Source: Octopus sinensis
Lineage: Eukaryota
Direction of reading: 5' to 3'
DNA length: 64,000 bases
Assembly: GCF_006345805.1 (NCBI RefSeq)
Contig: NC_043009.1
Span: 58,156,001 to 58,220,000 of the forward strand
The position numbers and the translations under genes were made by a program. The notes beneath the pieces were generated by a model, which was given only the letters and a program-made list of their open reading frames with translations, searched no databases and was not told where the DNA came from. Each line of letters opens with the position of its first letter. Position 1 is the stretch's first letter. This document shows positions 1 to 12,588 of this stretch, piece by piece.

Positions 1-175
1 TTCCACGGATAGACCATATCTGTTTCCTCCTTTACACTTTACATCATGACATTTCTGTGATACACGATCCGTATTGATAGTTTTTTTCACTACCCACCTT
101 TTCTCCCCAAAAAGAAAAGCTCTACTTTGTAATTTTTCCCCTCTGTTTTCAGCCTTGTGTGGCTAATAAAGAAAC
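1..175 (+). mobile_element. 3' UTR end of LINE-like family X (copy 1), followed by a (TATC)n tail
   Basis: Homologous to 860-1112 (+) and 2965-3197 (-); ends ...agccttgtgtggctaataaagaaa and runs directly into TATC repeats. Confidence 0.7.
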
Positions 176-176
176 A

Positions 177-261
<85 letters not shown>

Positions 262-279
262 CCCTATCTATCTATCTAC

Positions 280-336
<57 letters not shown>

Positions 337-353
337 CATCCATCCATCCATCC

Positions 354-425
<72 letters not shown>

Positions 426-443
426 CCCTATCTATCTATCTAC

Positions 444-508
<65 letters not shown>

Positions 509-529
509 CATCCATCCATCCATCCATCC

Positions 530-600
<71 letters not shown>
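176..600. repeat. (TATC)n microsatellite with TCCA/TCCC interruptions
   Basis: Direct reading; source of the artefactual LSIY ORFs. Confidence 0.98.
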
Positions 601-601
<1 letters not shown>

Positions 602-1112
602 GGTCAATCTCTCATCAACTTCTTCAAGTACCACTTGAAAAGGAAAGTGAGAGTAGAGAGGCAAGTTTTGTCTAGCGAATGTTTTAAAAACACATTGGTG
701 AATGTAGCAAGGATGGCACGTATGAATGACGAAGCCACCTTGAGCATAATCCTATGAACCCAGAAATTGAAAACAGAGGGTTACCCACTTGCAAACAAAT
801 GTGGTAACATATAACAATATTGACCGAGGTTACTGTGGTCTTTTTCGTAGGCTTTTCTTCCCACGGATAAACCTTATCTGCTTCTCCCTTTACACCGTAC
901 ATCATGACACTGTGATACACGATCCCTATTGATCGTTTTTTTCCTCTTCCCCTTTTTCCTTCTTTTCCTTTTTTTTCTTTTTTTCCTTTTCCCTTTTACG
1001 ATCCCTTTTGATCGAAAACCTACGCCACTTTTTTTTTCATCCCCCAAAAGAAAAGCTCTACCTTGTAATTTGTCCCGTCTGTGTGCAGCCCTGTGTGGCC
1101 AATAAAGAAACT
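601..1112 (+). mobile_element. 5'-truncated LINE family X (probably Tx1/L1 clade): ORF2 C-terminus plus 3' UTR
   Basis: Open frame 602-757 reads [51 protein letters not shown], followed by a 3' UTR, AATAAAGAAA and a degenerate TATC tail. Clade is inferred from resemblance to Tx1-type C-termini. Confidence 0.55.
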
Positions 1113-1508
1113 TATCTATCTATTTATCTACCCGTCTGCCTGTTTATCTAAAAATGAGTTATTAGTGAGGTATTATCAATCCGAGCATAATACTGTATTA
1201 ATACTCTAATATTAAGCCAGGCCAAAAATATTGTTTAGATGGTTGTGGCAGGATACAAAATGATAGTTCATCACCATTCTCTATTTAAGTCCTTTATTGT
1301 GTTCCAGGTTTACTGTAATTTTTTTTTACGCAGAATGATATACAAGACACGGCATAAATAATGGTCATTATATATTTTTCTTTATTTTAATGATTTTGAC
1401 TTACGGCTGTTTCCAGTAGTCGCTATAGGTTCGTCATTGATAAGTTTACTCATTCGGCGCATTGATAGGTTGAGAAAAATTGAACCACCTAGAAAATTAT
1501 TTCGCCAG

Positions 1509-1747
1509 AGGCGAGAGCTGGTAGAAACGTTAGTACGTCGGGCGAAATGCTTAGCGGTATTTCATCTGCCGTTACGTTGTGAGTTCAAATTCCGCCGAGG
1601 TCGACTTTGCCTTTCATCCTTTCGGGGTCGATAAATTAAGTACCAGTTACGCACTGGGGTCAATGTAATCGACTTAATACCTATGTATGTCCTTGTTTGT
1701 CCCTTCTATGTTTAGCCCCTTGTGGGTAATAAAGAAATAGGCATTTC
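1509..1747 (+). mobile_element. SINE family A (tRNA-type head), monomer
   Basis: Head aggcgagagctggtagaaacgttag (A-box-like), gagttcaaattcc (B-box), tail agccccttgtgggtaataaagaaata; more than 10 copies in the window. Confidence 0.9.
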
Positions 1748-2784
1748 TGGTTATAACCATGTAGAACGTCGAAAGAATTGTCCTGAAATGTGGAATGGAG
1801 ACAATACATGGTAAGTGAAGTGAAGATAAAGAGTAAATGGGGAGGAGAAGTGATGGTTTTAAAAAAGACTAAAGGGAAGAGAAAGAAAGGAAGGAAGAGA
1901 GGAACGAATAGAAAAAATAGAGGCGGTGAGGCATTAAGTCGAATAATGATAGAAGATGGCGGAAATTGCAGGAAGGACATCAGTAAAATCGTTGATGTGT
2001 ATTAGTAGGTCATCACACACAAGAACATTTGCATTGTCTTCAGCTCAAAGTGTATCTAGACATTCTGTTGAAATTTGATATTGGTCATATTCTTACATGG
2101 TCAAATGAAAATTTAATACTCGGTCATTCGTGCTATTTCACAGAGGGAGTGAAGCGTTTTAGAAAAATGAATGAAAAATCAGCAGCAGCAGCTTTATTGT
2201 GATGGGGAGGGGGCAGAGGAAGCTTTGGTTAAAGGGGCTTCTGAATAGAGAAAGAGGGAGAAATGTGCGGTTGGAAATAAAAATAGTGTTGTTTTAAAAA
2301 CCAGATAAAATTGAGTGAGAAATATAATTTTAAAATAAATTAAATTAAAAAAACAATAATTTTCAAAAATTTAAAAATTAAAATAATTTCAATTAAAAAA
2401 TTAAAACACTAAAAAAAATTTAAATTAAAAAATTAAAAACAAACACAAAATTACAAATTGAAAATTTTAAAAATTTATTAAAAAACGAAATAATAATAAA
2501 AATGAATAAAATAAATAAATAAAATGACATTGATTTTTTTCAACTCAATATCTGAATACTATTCAACTTGAAGGGAAATGGAATTGTGTTTGTGTGTGAT
2601 GACCCAATGAAAAGCACTAATGACTTTGTGGCTCTCCTTTCCTCAAATTTGGCCAGCAGTTGTTTCTTCTATCGAACGTCCACCCCCATCTGTTCTTTCT
2701 CTCTTTCCTTTTTCCTTCTCTTCCTTTTAGGCCTTCCTTTCTAAAACACCCTTTCATTCCCCTTTGTACCACGGACGCTGCTTA

Positions 2785-2958
2785 ACAACTGGTGCTGGTT
2801 TTCATATGTCCCCATAGCTTAACGGAACAACAAATGTGACACGATAGAATAAATATCAGGCTTTTAAAACGTAAGTACTGGGGTCGATTTGTTCTATTAA
2901 ACCCTTCAAAGCGGAATTGAAGCATGGCCCCAGACTAATGGCTGAAACAAGTACAAAC
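2785..2958 (+). mobile_element. SINE family B, degenerate 3' half
   Basis: Matches the 3' half of 24131-24538 (gggtcgattt...gcatggcc...gctgaaacaagta). Confidence 0.7.
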
Positions 2959-2964
2959 AGAAGA

Positions 2965-3197
2965 TTTATTTCTTTATTAGCCACACAGGGCTGCACACAG
3001 ACAGAACAAATTACAAGGTAGAGCTTTTCTTTTGGGGGTGAAAAAAAGGGGGTTGGTTTTCGATCAAAAGGGATCGTAAAAGGAAAGAAAGAGGACAAAA
3101 AAAGGGTAGGATTTAAAAAAAAGTGGGGAGAGAAAAAAAAGAAAAGGGGAGAGGAAAAAAAAGTTGATCAATAGGGATCGTAATCACAGAAATGTCA
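2965..3197 (-). mobile_element. 3' UTR of LINE-like family X (copy 3)
   Basis: Reverse complement of 46-175 and 900-1110 (tttctttattagccacacagggctgcacacag...gagcttttcttttgggg). Confidence 0.75.
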
Positions 3198-3332
3198 ATA
3201 TGTTACACATAAGGCGCAGGCACTGTTGTGTGGTAAGAAACTTGCTGCCACTGCGCATGTGCGAATAATTGCGGTGTTCGGCACCAAAGAGGTGAGACAT
3301 GTTTTGAAGCCGTCTCGAATTGAAAAATTTTG

Positions 3333-3393
3333 AAGCTCCCTTGTAAGGTAGGATTCTGTTTTTTAAACAGAATCTTACCTTACAATGGAGCTT
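3333..3393. repeat. 61-bp near-perfect palindrome (small MITE-like hairpin)
   Basis: aagctcccttgtaaggtaggattctgttt versus its reverse complement aaacagaatcttaccttacaatggagctt, 2 mismatches. Confidence 0.8.
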
Positions 3394-3509
3394 GGGAATT
3401 TTTGTTGAGAATTGTTTCTGCTCAGCAGTTCCACTTGCCTCGGTGTTACCCAATTTGCTTCACACCTTAGCTGTTTCTTATTTTCTGGGGAGTTATATAT
3501 AGCAGATTA

Positions 3510-4560
3510 CTAGTCTGGCTAATGGAACCAAGATGAGTCGCAAGTACACCGAGTGATGTTCGAATGAGCTGAGAACCAAATATCCAGCTTATTAGCTGGA
3601 CCCTTCACAAGGCTATAGGACCATGAAACCACTCGATGTATCAGTACCAACTCCCTTAAATGTGAATAAGTTAAATTTCTATTACAGTCTTCTAACCTAT
3701 CTTCCGTGTCTTGTTACATCATTGGACATCAATAGAGCAAAGTAAACTGCCTACATTTACAGGCCCGTTCACTCACACACCTACTTCATTTACACCTCCT
3801 CATAACAAATCGACTCGTTCTCATCCATAATTCTTTAATCACAACTGTTCCTACATCCTGAGCTTCGACATCGATACAGATACAATGCCATAGGCTCCAA
3901 TGCTTTATATAACGTGGTTATCCACATGCAGTGGTTAAAGCCGATTCATGTCACGTACGTGCTAGGCCGAAGCTCTGTCCTTATATCTATCTTGTATCTC
4001 ATTCTCCTCACGAGCATTCGAACCACTGTAACTCAACCTGCAGCATTCTCACTTCTTTGATCTGTTATTGGTACTGCTATTCTCTAATCTAAACACCCTC
4101 TGAGTCTTAACAAGCAACTACAATCTCCGTGACCTTCTGTTCGATTTTTTAATATTTTTTATCTCATCCTGAGTCCTATCCAACATTGATCTTATACCAA
4201 CTCTTGTCGCGTTTCCCGCTTCCACGACCGTCTATTTTAGAAAACTGATATTGACTTCCACGGAATTAACACATCTTTTGTGCGGTTGGAAATAAAAATA
4301 GTGTTATTTTAAAAACCAGATAAAATTGAGTGACAAATATAATTTTTTTTTTACCTGTGTCTCAAAGTACATTATTTATTGCATGAAATAAATGTCAAAC
4401 CTGTAGCTTGTTGAATATTGGAAGCACTGATCATTGATTGAAAGACCGTTTTAGCGAGCATATTTTACAGTTCAGAAATATCAGAACCTCACTACTTTTA
4501 CATATAAATCGCCGCTGGTGTTCTCCTGACTGTCCACATCTATCCGCAGCTTTTCGTCTG
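3510..4560 (+). mobile_element. Heavily degenerate Penelope-like element remnant (RT thumb, linker, GIY-YIG)
   Basis: Scattered translated motifs: GTKM (~3520), RGYP (~3910), YNLRDLL (~4118), C-x-L-x-IG-x-T...LKDRFSEH (~4402-4465); many stops and frameshifts. Confidence 0.55.
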
Positions 4561-5335
4561 TGTAGTTATTTTAACCAAGGATCAAAGGAGTTTTTAACAC
4601 TTTTAATATCGTAGATGTTTGCATTTCTGTTGTTAATAATTCTGTTTATGTGATACAAATTTGCATTTCAGACTGTCAAATTGTGAACGTCTGCTTTTCA
4701 AGGTGTCTGTTAGTTTATTGTCATTTTTTCCCTGTTTAATCTCTTTTGCCTTTTATACTGCTTAATATTTTTTACGAAATTTTCTTTCATGTATTCGAAA
4801 GATTATTTCGTTATTGGGTTTATTTAATGTTATTTCCTCAGTACACATAACTGTCTCTATGTAAAATAATCCATACTGAATAGCAAATAAATACATAAAA
4901 TTTTGCAGAAAAAAACAAAATAGCATCTAATAAACAGGCCTTCCATTTATTCGAAGTCTACAAAAGTAAATTTAAAGCAAAATTTTCCAAGCAGGAAAAC
5001 TTGGTGATCATTCAATTTTTACAATTTTCTAAGAAAAATATGCAAAATTTCATTATCGACTTGTGTTGATGAGAGCATCCTTCTTTCTAATTGTATTCAC
5101 CCTTCTTAATTCTTGTTTTGTTTATAGCTGAGAATTTTAGGAAAATGAGGGGAAAATCCTCTGAATCACTGAAATATAGTGTTTAGTAATGTTTATCTCT
5201 AAATTAATGCGACAAGCTGACAGAATAGACAACAACACCGGACAATATGCTCAGCAGCATTTCGTCTTCCTTTACATTCTTAGTTCAAATTCCGCCTATC
5301 ATCCATTCTGTATTCATATAATAAGTACCACTTGA

Positions 5336-5707
5336 AAGGCGGTGAGCTAGCAGAACCGTTAGCACGCCGGGCGAAATGCTTAGCGGTATTTCGTATGTCT
5401 TTACGTTCTTCGTTCAAACTCCTCCGCAGTCGACTTTGCCTTTCATCCTTTTGGGGTCAATAAATTAAGTGCCAGTTACGCACTGGGGTCGATGTAATCG
5501 ACTTAATACCTATGTCTGTCCTTGTTTGTCCCCTCTATGTTTAGCCCCTTGTGGGTAGTAAAGAAATAGGTATTTCGTCTGTCTTTTTGTTCTGAGTTCA
5601 AACTCCGCCGCGGTCGACTTTGCCTATCATCCTTTCGAGGTCGATAAAATAAGTACCAGTTGTGTACTGGGGTCGATCTAATCGACTGCCCCCCCCCACC
5701 CAAAAAC
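5336..5707 (+). mobile_element. SINE family A, head plus two tandem bodies
   Basis: Internal junction aaagaaataggtatttcgtc at ~5560-5580 returns to the mid-head sequence. Confidence 0.88.
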
Positions 5708-6144
5708 TTCGCTCTAGAATTTTAACACATAAAATGTTACATTATATTGTGTCAATATAGACGACTCCTAAAATGAGGTCAGTCTTTGATTACTGGAATC
5801 TTGAGGCGTCCCTCGATGACAGTCATGGTTTCCATGCTGGCTCGTCCAAACGCTCTGTCTTTGACTAATTGTTTCTGATATTCTTTAGCGCCTTACCGAT
5901 CGAACTTATCATCAAAAGAATCTGAGTGATGGTTTCACGTCGTTCATTATACACACCATCCGATGTAACACAATATCTGTTTTCAAGATGGTGGACGAAG
6001 TGCTATAAATGTAGCAGGTTTCACTACTATTTCTAGCAGTTCGATCAAGTAGGCAAAAAAAATCGAGTGGCTTTCTCATTGAATGATAGTTACTGTTCGT
6101 GATATTGGCACGAAAAACAATGGAAGCAGCAGTAGCAGGAACAG

Positions 6145-6207
6145 ATCATGATCATTGTGATGATGGTGATGATTATAGTGATGATGGTGATGGTGATGGT
6201 GATGATG

Positions 6208-6239
<32 letters not shown>

Positions 6240-6328
6240 GGTGATGGTGATGGTGATGATGATGGTGATGATGGTGATGATGATGATGGTGATGGTGATG
6301 GTGATGGTGATGATGGTGATGATGATGA
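6145..6328. repeat. (GAT/GGT)n trinucleotide repeat
   Basis: Direct reading; explains the poly-D, poly-M and poly-S ORFs. Confidence 0.95.
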
Positions 6329-6857
6329 TATAAACAGCAGTAGCTGGAGCGTTATTATTGACAATAACAACAGGAATAATTCACAGAAACCAAGACAAAT
6401 AATTGTCTTAAAGACTAATGTGGTGGAAACATCAAACGACTTTGTGTAATCTATATTTAGTCAATAATGGAGAGAGAAAAAGGAAAATCTAAAGGTCGAT
6501 GGAATTTTTTTAGGTGCCGTCACGTGGATTTTACCTTTCATTTTTACTCATTTGCACTCACATACATACATACATACATACGTATATATATGTAAGCTGA
6601 CACATCAGTATATGTCCATATGTATTATACGTGTGCGTATGAGTCTGCGCATGAGTATGCGCGTGAATGTGTATGTATATATACATATTAATATCTATAC
6701 ATATAAAAGTTTTTACATATACATATGTATATATACGTACATACATACAAAAACGCACGTAAGTTTATTCATGCGAGTAAAAGATTATATAAATAAACGT
6801 AATACACTCTTACACACACATGCACGCAAAGACACACATACATACATACATACATAC

Positions 6858-6899
<42 letters not shown>

Positions 6900-6999
6900 A
6901 TATATGTACGGATATATATGTACATATATATATATACGTATGTATATATGTATATATATATATATATACATATATATACATATATATATATATATAATA

Positions 7000-7050
<51 letters not shown>

Positions 7051-7080
7051 ATATATATAATATATATATACACGTGTAAG

Positions 7081-7214
7081 CATAACTATGAAATTAGAAA
7101 TAGCAGTTAAATACTATTCCTCCCAGTTAAATACTATATCTCCCAGACATCTGTCTGGGAGATATCATATGGTAGAGGAATTGTATTTAACTGCTATTTC
7201 TAAATTTCGTTATG
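7081..7214. mobile_element. Small foldback/MITE-like palindrome
   Basis: Outer arms 7081-7114 and 7183-7214 (agaaatagcagttaaatac / gtatttaactgctatttct); inner perfect 13-bp arms tatctcccagaca / tgtctgggagata. Confidence 0.75.
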
Positions 7215-7391
7215 TGCTGAAGCAATTTGCTGAGCCCTAAGTATAATTCTGCTTCTAATTATAGAATTTGTGTATGAGGTTACCGATAAAGGTTCTTTTT
7301 GCATATCGAACTGCTTAGTAAATTGATTTGTTAATTAATTTTACCCTTTATTAATATTGAAAAAATATATGAAACTACCTATCTATAGTAT

Positions 7392-7451
<60 letters not shown>

Positions 7452-7492
7452 ATATATGTGTATGTGCGTGTGTACGAATGTGTATGTGTTTT

Positions 7493-7533
<41 letters not shown>

Positions 7534-8023
7534 TTGCTAACTTAGAGTTAGAGAAGTAGTTTTAAGTGACTCAGAACATTTCTTGATGACGGTGTTTACT
7601 GTGTAATAGACGGCTGTCAGATTTCTGTAGGAAATCTATCTTCTTTTATATGAGAAATGAATGATTTCTTCCCTGCTTATAGTAGTATAGTGTCTTATGC
7701 TGTATACTAAGAATCTGACTCATCATTAATATAAATTTCGTAATATATGTACAACTCATAAGCAATTCAAAGCATAATGAATAAGAACTGCAGATTAAGT
7801 GATGTTAGAAATGTTTTATTCCATATGAAAGTATTATTGGAATTGATATTCTCAAAATTATTTAATATCTAAAATAATTTGAAAATGATTGGTGATCTCC
7901 GTGGTGGGAAATGAACCGCTTTATAGTAATAAATGCATTTTTAGAACAAAAAAGAAGAAAAATATTAGAAACAACAGTGTTCAAAGAAAATCGATGCATG
8001 CTAAAATACTTTTTTCGACTGTG

Positions 8024-8613
8024 GGCACAAGGCCCGAAATTTTGTGGGAGGGGGCCAATCTATGAATTCGACTCCAGTACGCAACTATTTTTTAATTTAT
8101 TGAGCCCGAAAGGATGAAAGGCAAAGTCGACCTCGGCGGGATTTGAACTCAGAAAGTAAAAACTGAAGAAATACCGCTAAGTATCTCACCCGGCGTGCTA
8201 ACGTTTTTTATTTCTTTACTGCCCACAAGGAGGAGACAAACGCGGACAGACAAACGGATTAAGTCGATTATGTTGACCTCATGCGTAACTGGTACTTATT
8301 TAATCGACTACGAAAGCATGGAAGGCAAAGTCTATCCCGGCGGAATTTGAACTCAGAACGTAGCGGCACCTGGAAATACCTATTTCTTTACTACACACAA
8401 GAGGCTAAACACAGAGAGGACAAACAAGGACAGAGAAACGGATTGAGTCGATCATGTCGACCCCAGTTCGGAACTGGTACTTAATTTATCGACCTCGAAA
8501 GGATGAAAGGCAAAGTCAACCTCGGCGGAGTTTGCACTCAGAACGAAAAGACAGACGAAATACGGCGACGCATTTCGCCCGGCGTGCTAACGTTTCTGCC
8601 AGCTCGCCGCCTT
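8024..8613 (-). mobile_element. SINE family A cluster (dimer plus adjacent monomer)
   Basis: Three repeats of ggatgaaaggcaaagtc...aatttgaactcagaa; head ends ccagctcgccgcctt. Confidence 0.9.
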
Positions 8614-9582
8614 AATAGATGCTAAAATATTGGTGCAGCAATGCATGACAATTTAACGAAAGTTATACTGAGAATTGCAATAAGCTGCAGCTCATATGGA
8701 ATTCGGTCTCCACGTACGAATTTCTTGGAGATGTGAATCAATCACATCAGTTGCTGAGAGTAGTAACGGCTTTAGTTTTACCAGCAGAGATCATGGAGAT
8801 ATTCAAGTGTTTAACAGCTGCGATAAAATTAGCCATTAGCCAAGTAGAATTCTTTGAAAGGCAGTCTAGCAATTGATATTGGTAACTGTTGAGATTTATT
8901 AATTGACATTTCATGGCTTTGGTATACAGAAAATTGAAGTCTTCTACATTAAAGGCGCGCATTTGTCGACATGAGTAGAAATTCGCCTTTAGTGTATTCA
9001 TTGAACTTAATAATCTCGATATTATTTTACATGGTGTTCTTAACCATTAGTCTTACACCATTGGATATACGAAGCTGACCTAAATTACACGGTTGCCTAC
9101 AAGGCGTCCTTTTATATCAGTTGAAGTCAGTACGGCGGTAGAATTGGAAGTTTTAAAGAATTGATTTCGATTTTTCCCAGGAATATTGAATGACGTCATC
9201 CACAGCTACGTCATCATCACGTGATTTGTAGTTATGGATAGTTCGTAGTAGTGTCTGAAACAGCCACCAGTTGATGTTTCTGACTGCCCAGCATTTGGGA
9301 TAAAGGGCAAGTATGGCATTTTTTCACTACTATTTTTTATGTTATGTAATGCTGGTGACATAATGGGACATCTTCGTCATGAATTCATTTGACTCATTGG
9401 ACATTCTGTCGCAAAGAAATCATACCATTTCAAATTGCTCAAATTTGCAGCCAAATTGACCAAGTTCCCCCATTCTAGATTTCAATTTTTTTCAATAAAA
9501 TCTTCAATCACAGGTTCGTAGATATATTGAAAACGTTAATTTCAGTTGAAATATGTGAGGTTTCAAAAAAAACCTAGATTAC

Positions 9583-9801
9583 TATTTCTTTACTACCCAC
9601 AAGGGGCTAAACACAGAGGGGACAAACGGATTAAGTCAATTATATTGACCCTAGTGCGTAACTGGTACTTATTTAATCGACCCCGAAAGGACGAAAGGCA
9701 AAGCCGACCTCGGCGGAATTTGAACTCAGAACATAACCGCAGGCGAAATACTGCTAAGCATTTCGCCCGGCGTGCTAACGATTCTACCAGCTCACCGCCT
9801 T
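9583..9801 (-). mobile_element. SINE family A monomer with probable 15-bp TSD
   Basis: aaaaacctagattac at 9568-9582 and 9827-9841. Confidence 0.88.
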
Positions 9802-9899
9802 ATTAAAATTTACATTATTGGAGAAGAAAAACCTAGATTACATCAACTTTTATTCTTACAGCGATCAATGTTACTCTCTCACATAAGTAACCTTACTTA

Positions 9900-10281
9900 G
9901 GAGGCGCAATGACCCAGTGGTTAGGGCAGCGGACTCGCGGTCATAGGATCGCGGTTTCGATTCCCAGACCGGGCGTTGTGAGCGTTTATTGAGTGAAAAC
10001 ACCTAAAGCTCCACGAGGCTCCGGCAGGGGATGGTGTTGATCCCTGCTGTACTCTTTCACCACAACTTTCTCTCACTCTTACTTCCTGTTTCTTTTGTAC
10101 CTGTATTTCAAAGGGCCGGCCTTGTCATTCTTTGTGTCACGCTGAATATCCCCGAGAACTACGTTAAGGGTACACGTGTCTGTGGAGTGCCAGCCACTTA
10201 CACGTTAATTTCACGAGCAGGCTGTTCCGTTGATTCGGATCAACCGGAACCCTCATCGTCGCAACCGACGGAGTGCTTCCA
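9900..10281 (+). mobile_element. SINE family C, full length
   Basis: tRNA-like head with A box (tgacccagtgg) and B box (ggtttcgattcc); near-identical to 29349-29733; TSD aaccttac(t/a)ta at 9889-9899 and 10286-10296. Confidence 0.92.
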
Positions 10282-11114
10282 TTCCAACCTTACATAATCA
10301 TTTGAGAGCGACTGTCACGCACGTTTGCAGAGCTGACTTGTTCATTTAACCTCGACCGTATTTTAGATCACTACTTCAGTTACTAAATTCATTCAAAAGA
10401 ATAAGATCTGCCGCCTGATATCCAAAAGCGTTATCCGCGTTTTCGGTTCGCATAACGATGTTATAATTCCGCACAGCAATCATTTTTGTATATCATTTAC
10501 AATTTCACTGAGTCGTATTAGCATCTCAAATTTATCTGATTTGTGTTATGCATCTCCCTGCTCATTATAACAGCAACATCCTTGTATTCAGGAGCACTAG
10601 AAGGATTCTTGCTTCGATGAATGATAATTTGGAACTCCCGTGTCGAACTCACTCCAATGCACGCCTGAAAATTTTGACACGGTTGTTCTTTAAATGAAGC
10701 GTGTCTTTTAATCTCTTCTACCCATCCATTGCCAATATTTTCCTTCATCCTTTTCTTTCGCAAAACTCCAATTTTTCTTCACCTTTCTATATCTTCTTGC
10801 AATCGAATTAGATACTAACATTAAGCGCTGCAGAAAAGGAAGAAGATACGCTTGTGACAAACTTTTACCTAATTATTACGTTTAAATTTATATTTCTTCA
10901 ATTTTTCTTTAATTGACAATTGCGGTTTTATTCATATGGAGATAGCATGTACAGGCGAAAGGTACACTTGAACTCCTACCCACAACTCTTAGTTTCTCAC
11001 TTTGATTAAGTAAAATAATTTGAATAAAGGAACGGCAAAGCAAATAAAAATGTGAGAAAAATCAAGGCAGACAAGGTTAACTAATTGGCTGCAGGAATAT
11101 ATGAAAGTGTGACT

Positions 11115-11162
<48 letters not shown>

Positions 11163-11237
11163 GAGAGAGAAGGAAAGAGAGATGAGTTCCGAATATGCTG
11201 AACAGAAAATGGTAGAGATATCTTTGAAAACAACTGA

Positions 11238-11848
11238 GACGAAATACCAATTTCTTTACTACCCACAAGGGGCTAAACACAGCGAGGATAAACAAGGACA
11301 GACAAACGGATTAAGTCGATTAGATCGCCCCCAGTGCGTAACTGATACTTATTTAATCGACTCCGAAAGGATGAAAGGCAAAGTCAACCTCGGCGGAATT
11401 TGGACTCAGAACGTAGTGACAAACGAAATATCTATTTCTTTACTACCCACAAGGGGTTAAACACAGAGGCGGCAAACAAGGACAGACAAACGGATCAAAT
11501 CAATAATATCGACCCCAGTGCGCAACTGGTACTTAATTTATCGACCCCGAAAGGATGAGAGGCAAAGTCAACATCGGCGGAATTTGAACTCAGAATGTAA
11601 CGGCATACGAAATACCTATTTCTTTACTAACCACAAGGGGCTAAAGATAGAGAGGACAAACAAGGACAGACATACGGATTAAATCAATTATATCGACCCC
11701 AGTGCGTAACTGGTTCTTAATTTATCGACCCTGAAAGGATGAAAGGTAAAGTCGACCTCGGCCGAATTTGAACTCAGAACGTAGCGGCAGACGAAATACA
11801 GCTAAGCATTTCGCCCGGCGTGGTAACGTTTCTGCCAGCTCGTCGCCA
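11238..11848 (-). mobile_element. SINE family A, head plus three 184-bp tandem bodies
   Basis: tttctttact recurs at 11251, 11435 and 11619 (period 184). Confidence 0.92.
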
Positions 11849-12406
11849 TATTTAGCCTTATAATATTGATACACATATCATCAAGTTTCCGATGATCCGG
11901 TTTCCGTCTTTTTTGTTAAAGTTGCTGCTATTTTATCGTAACGTATTATCCTGGAGATATTCTTCCATTGTTCTTCTATACTATCTTCCATGCTTTTAAT
12001 TCTTTCATTTTGTTTTCTATCTTATTGCCCGATTTATGATGGCTAGGTTTAAAATTTTCATTTCTTAAAATATTTTAATTCCTTTTATATATATTTTTGT
12101 ATGCCTGGCTCTGATTTCGTTTTTGCTTGTCACTATTCTAGATTTTTTCTATTTGTTGCCTATTGTAATTTGCACAAGTGTATCTATCACAGTGATTAAT
12201 CATACAAATGTTTTTACTTTTGTTTTATTGTTTTACAATCAAGTACAGCCATTTTCGTTGTGCGCACATATTTTTACGTGTTATATTTCATTTCAACTAG
12301 TTATCGAATCCGAGAAAGCATTTTTTACTAAGTGTACGAATCCAACGTAATATTTAGTCAACGATATTGTCATAAATCCGTGTTTTGTGTAGAATGTAGC
12401 AGGAAA

Positions 12407-12588
12407 AAAAGACGCGTCATTCAGAGACATATCACTCACATCACCATTTCTGCTTTTCCTGCATTATTTGTGTGGCTTGATGAGCAAACACTAGCCGTTT
12501 ATTTCGATTGCCATCATTTCCAAAAGTGTAGTTTCTTTTGTTTCCAATGACGACAAGTATTCCAGCCTACAATTATCGAAAATTTATT
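12407..12588. repeat. 182-bp segment exactly duplicated at 13989-14170
   Basis: Identical by direct comparison (aaaagacgcgtcattcag...attatcgaaaatttatt). Confidence 0.95.

Noticed and set aside
8640-9550. Possible very old mariner remnants
   Set aside because: Only faint motif resemblance across inconsistent strands; cannot be supported by eye.
9900-9970. tRNA genes in SINE heads (also families A and B)
   Set aside because: No acceptor stem closure; the heads continue into SINE bodies with TSDs.
10300-10860. Minus-strand 81-aa ORF as a PLE RT N-terminus (KDVAVIMSRE resembling DKGxAVVIM)
   Set aside because: A single weak motif; needs TBLASTN against PLE proteins.
12474-12497. ggcTTGATGAgcaaacactagcc in the duplicated 182-mer
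   Set aside because: There is no GAAA or stem III; probably chance.
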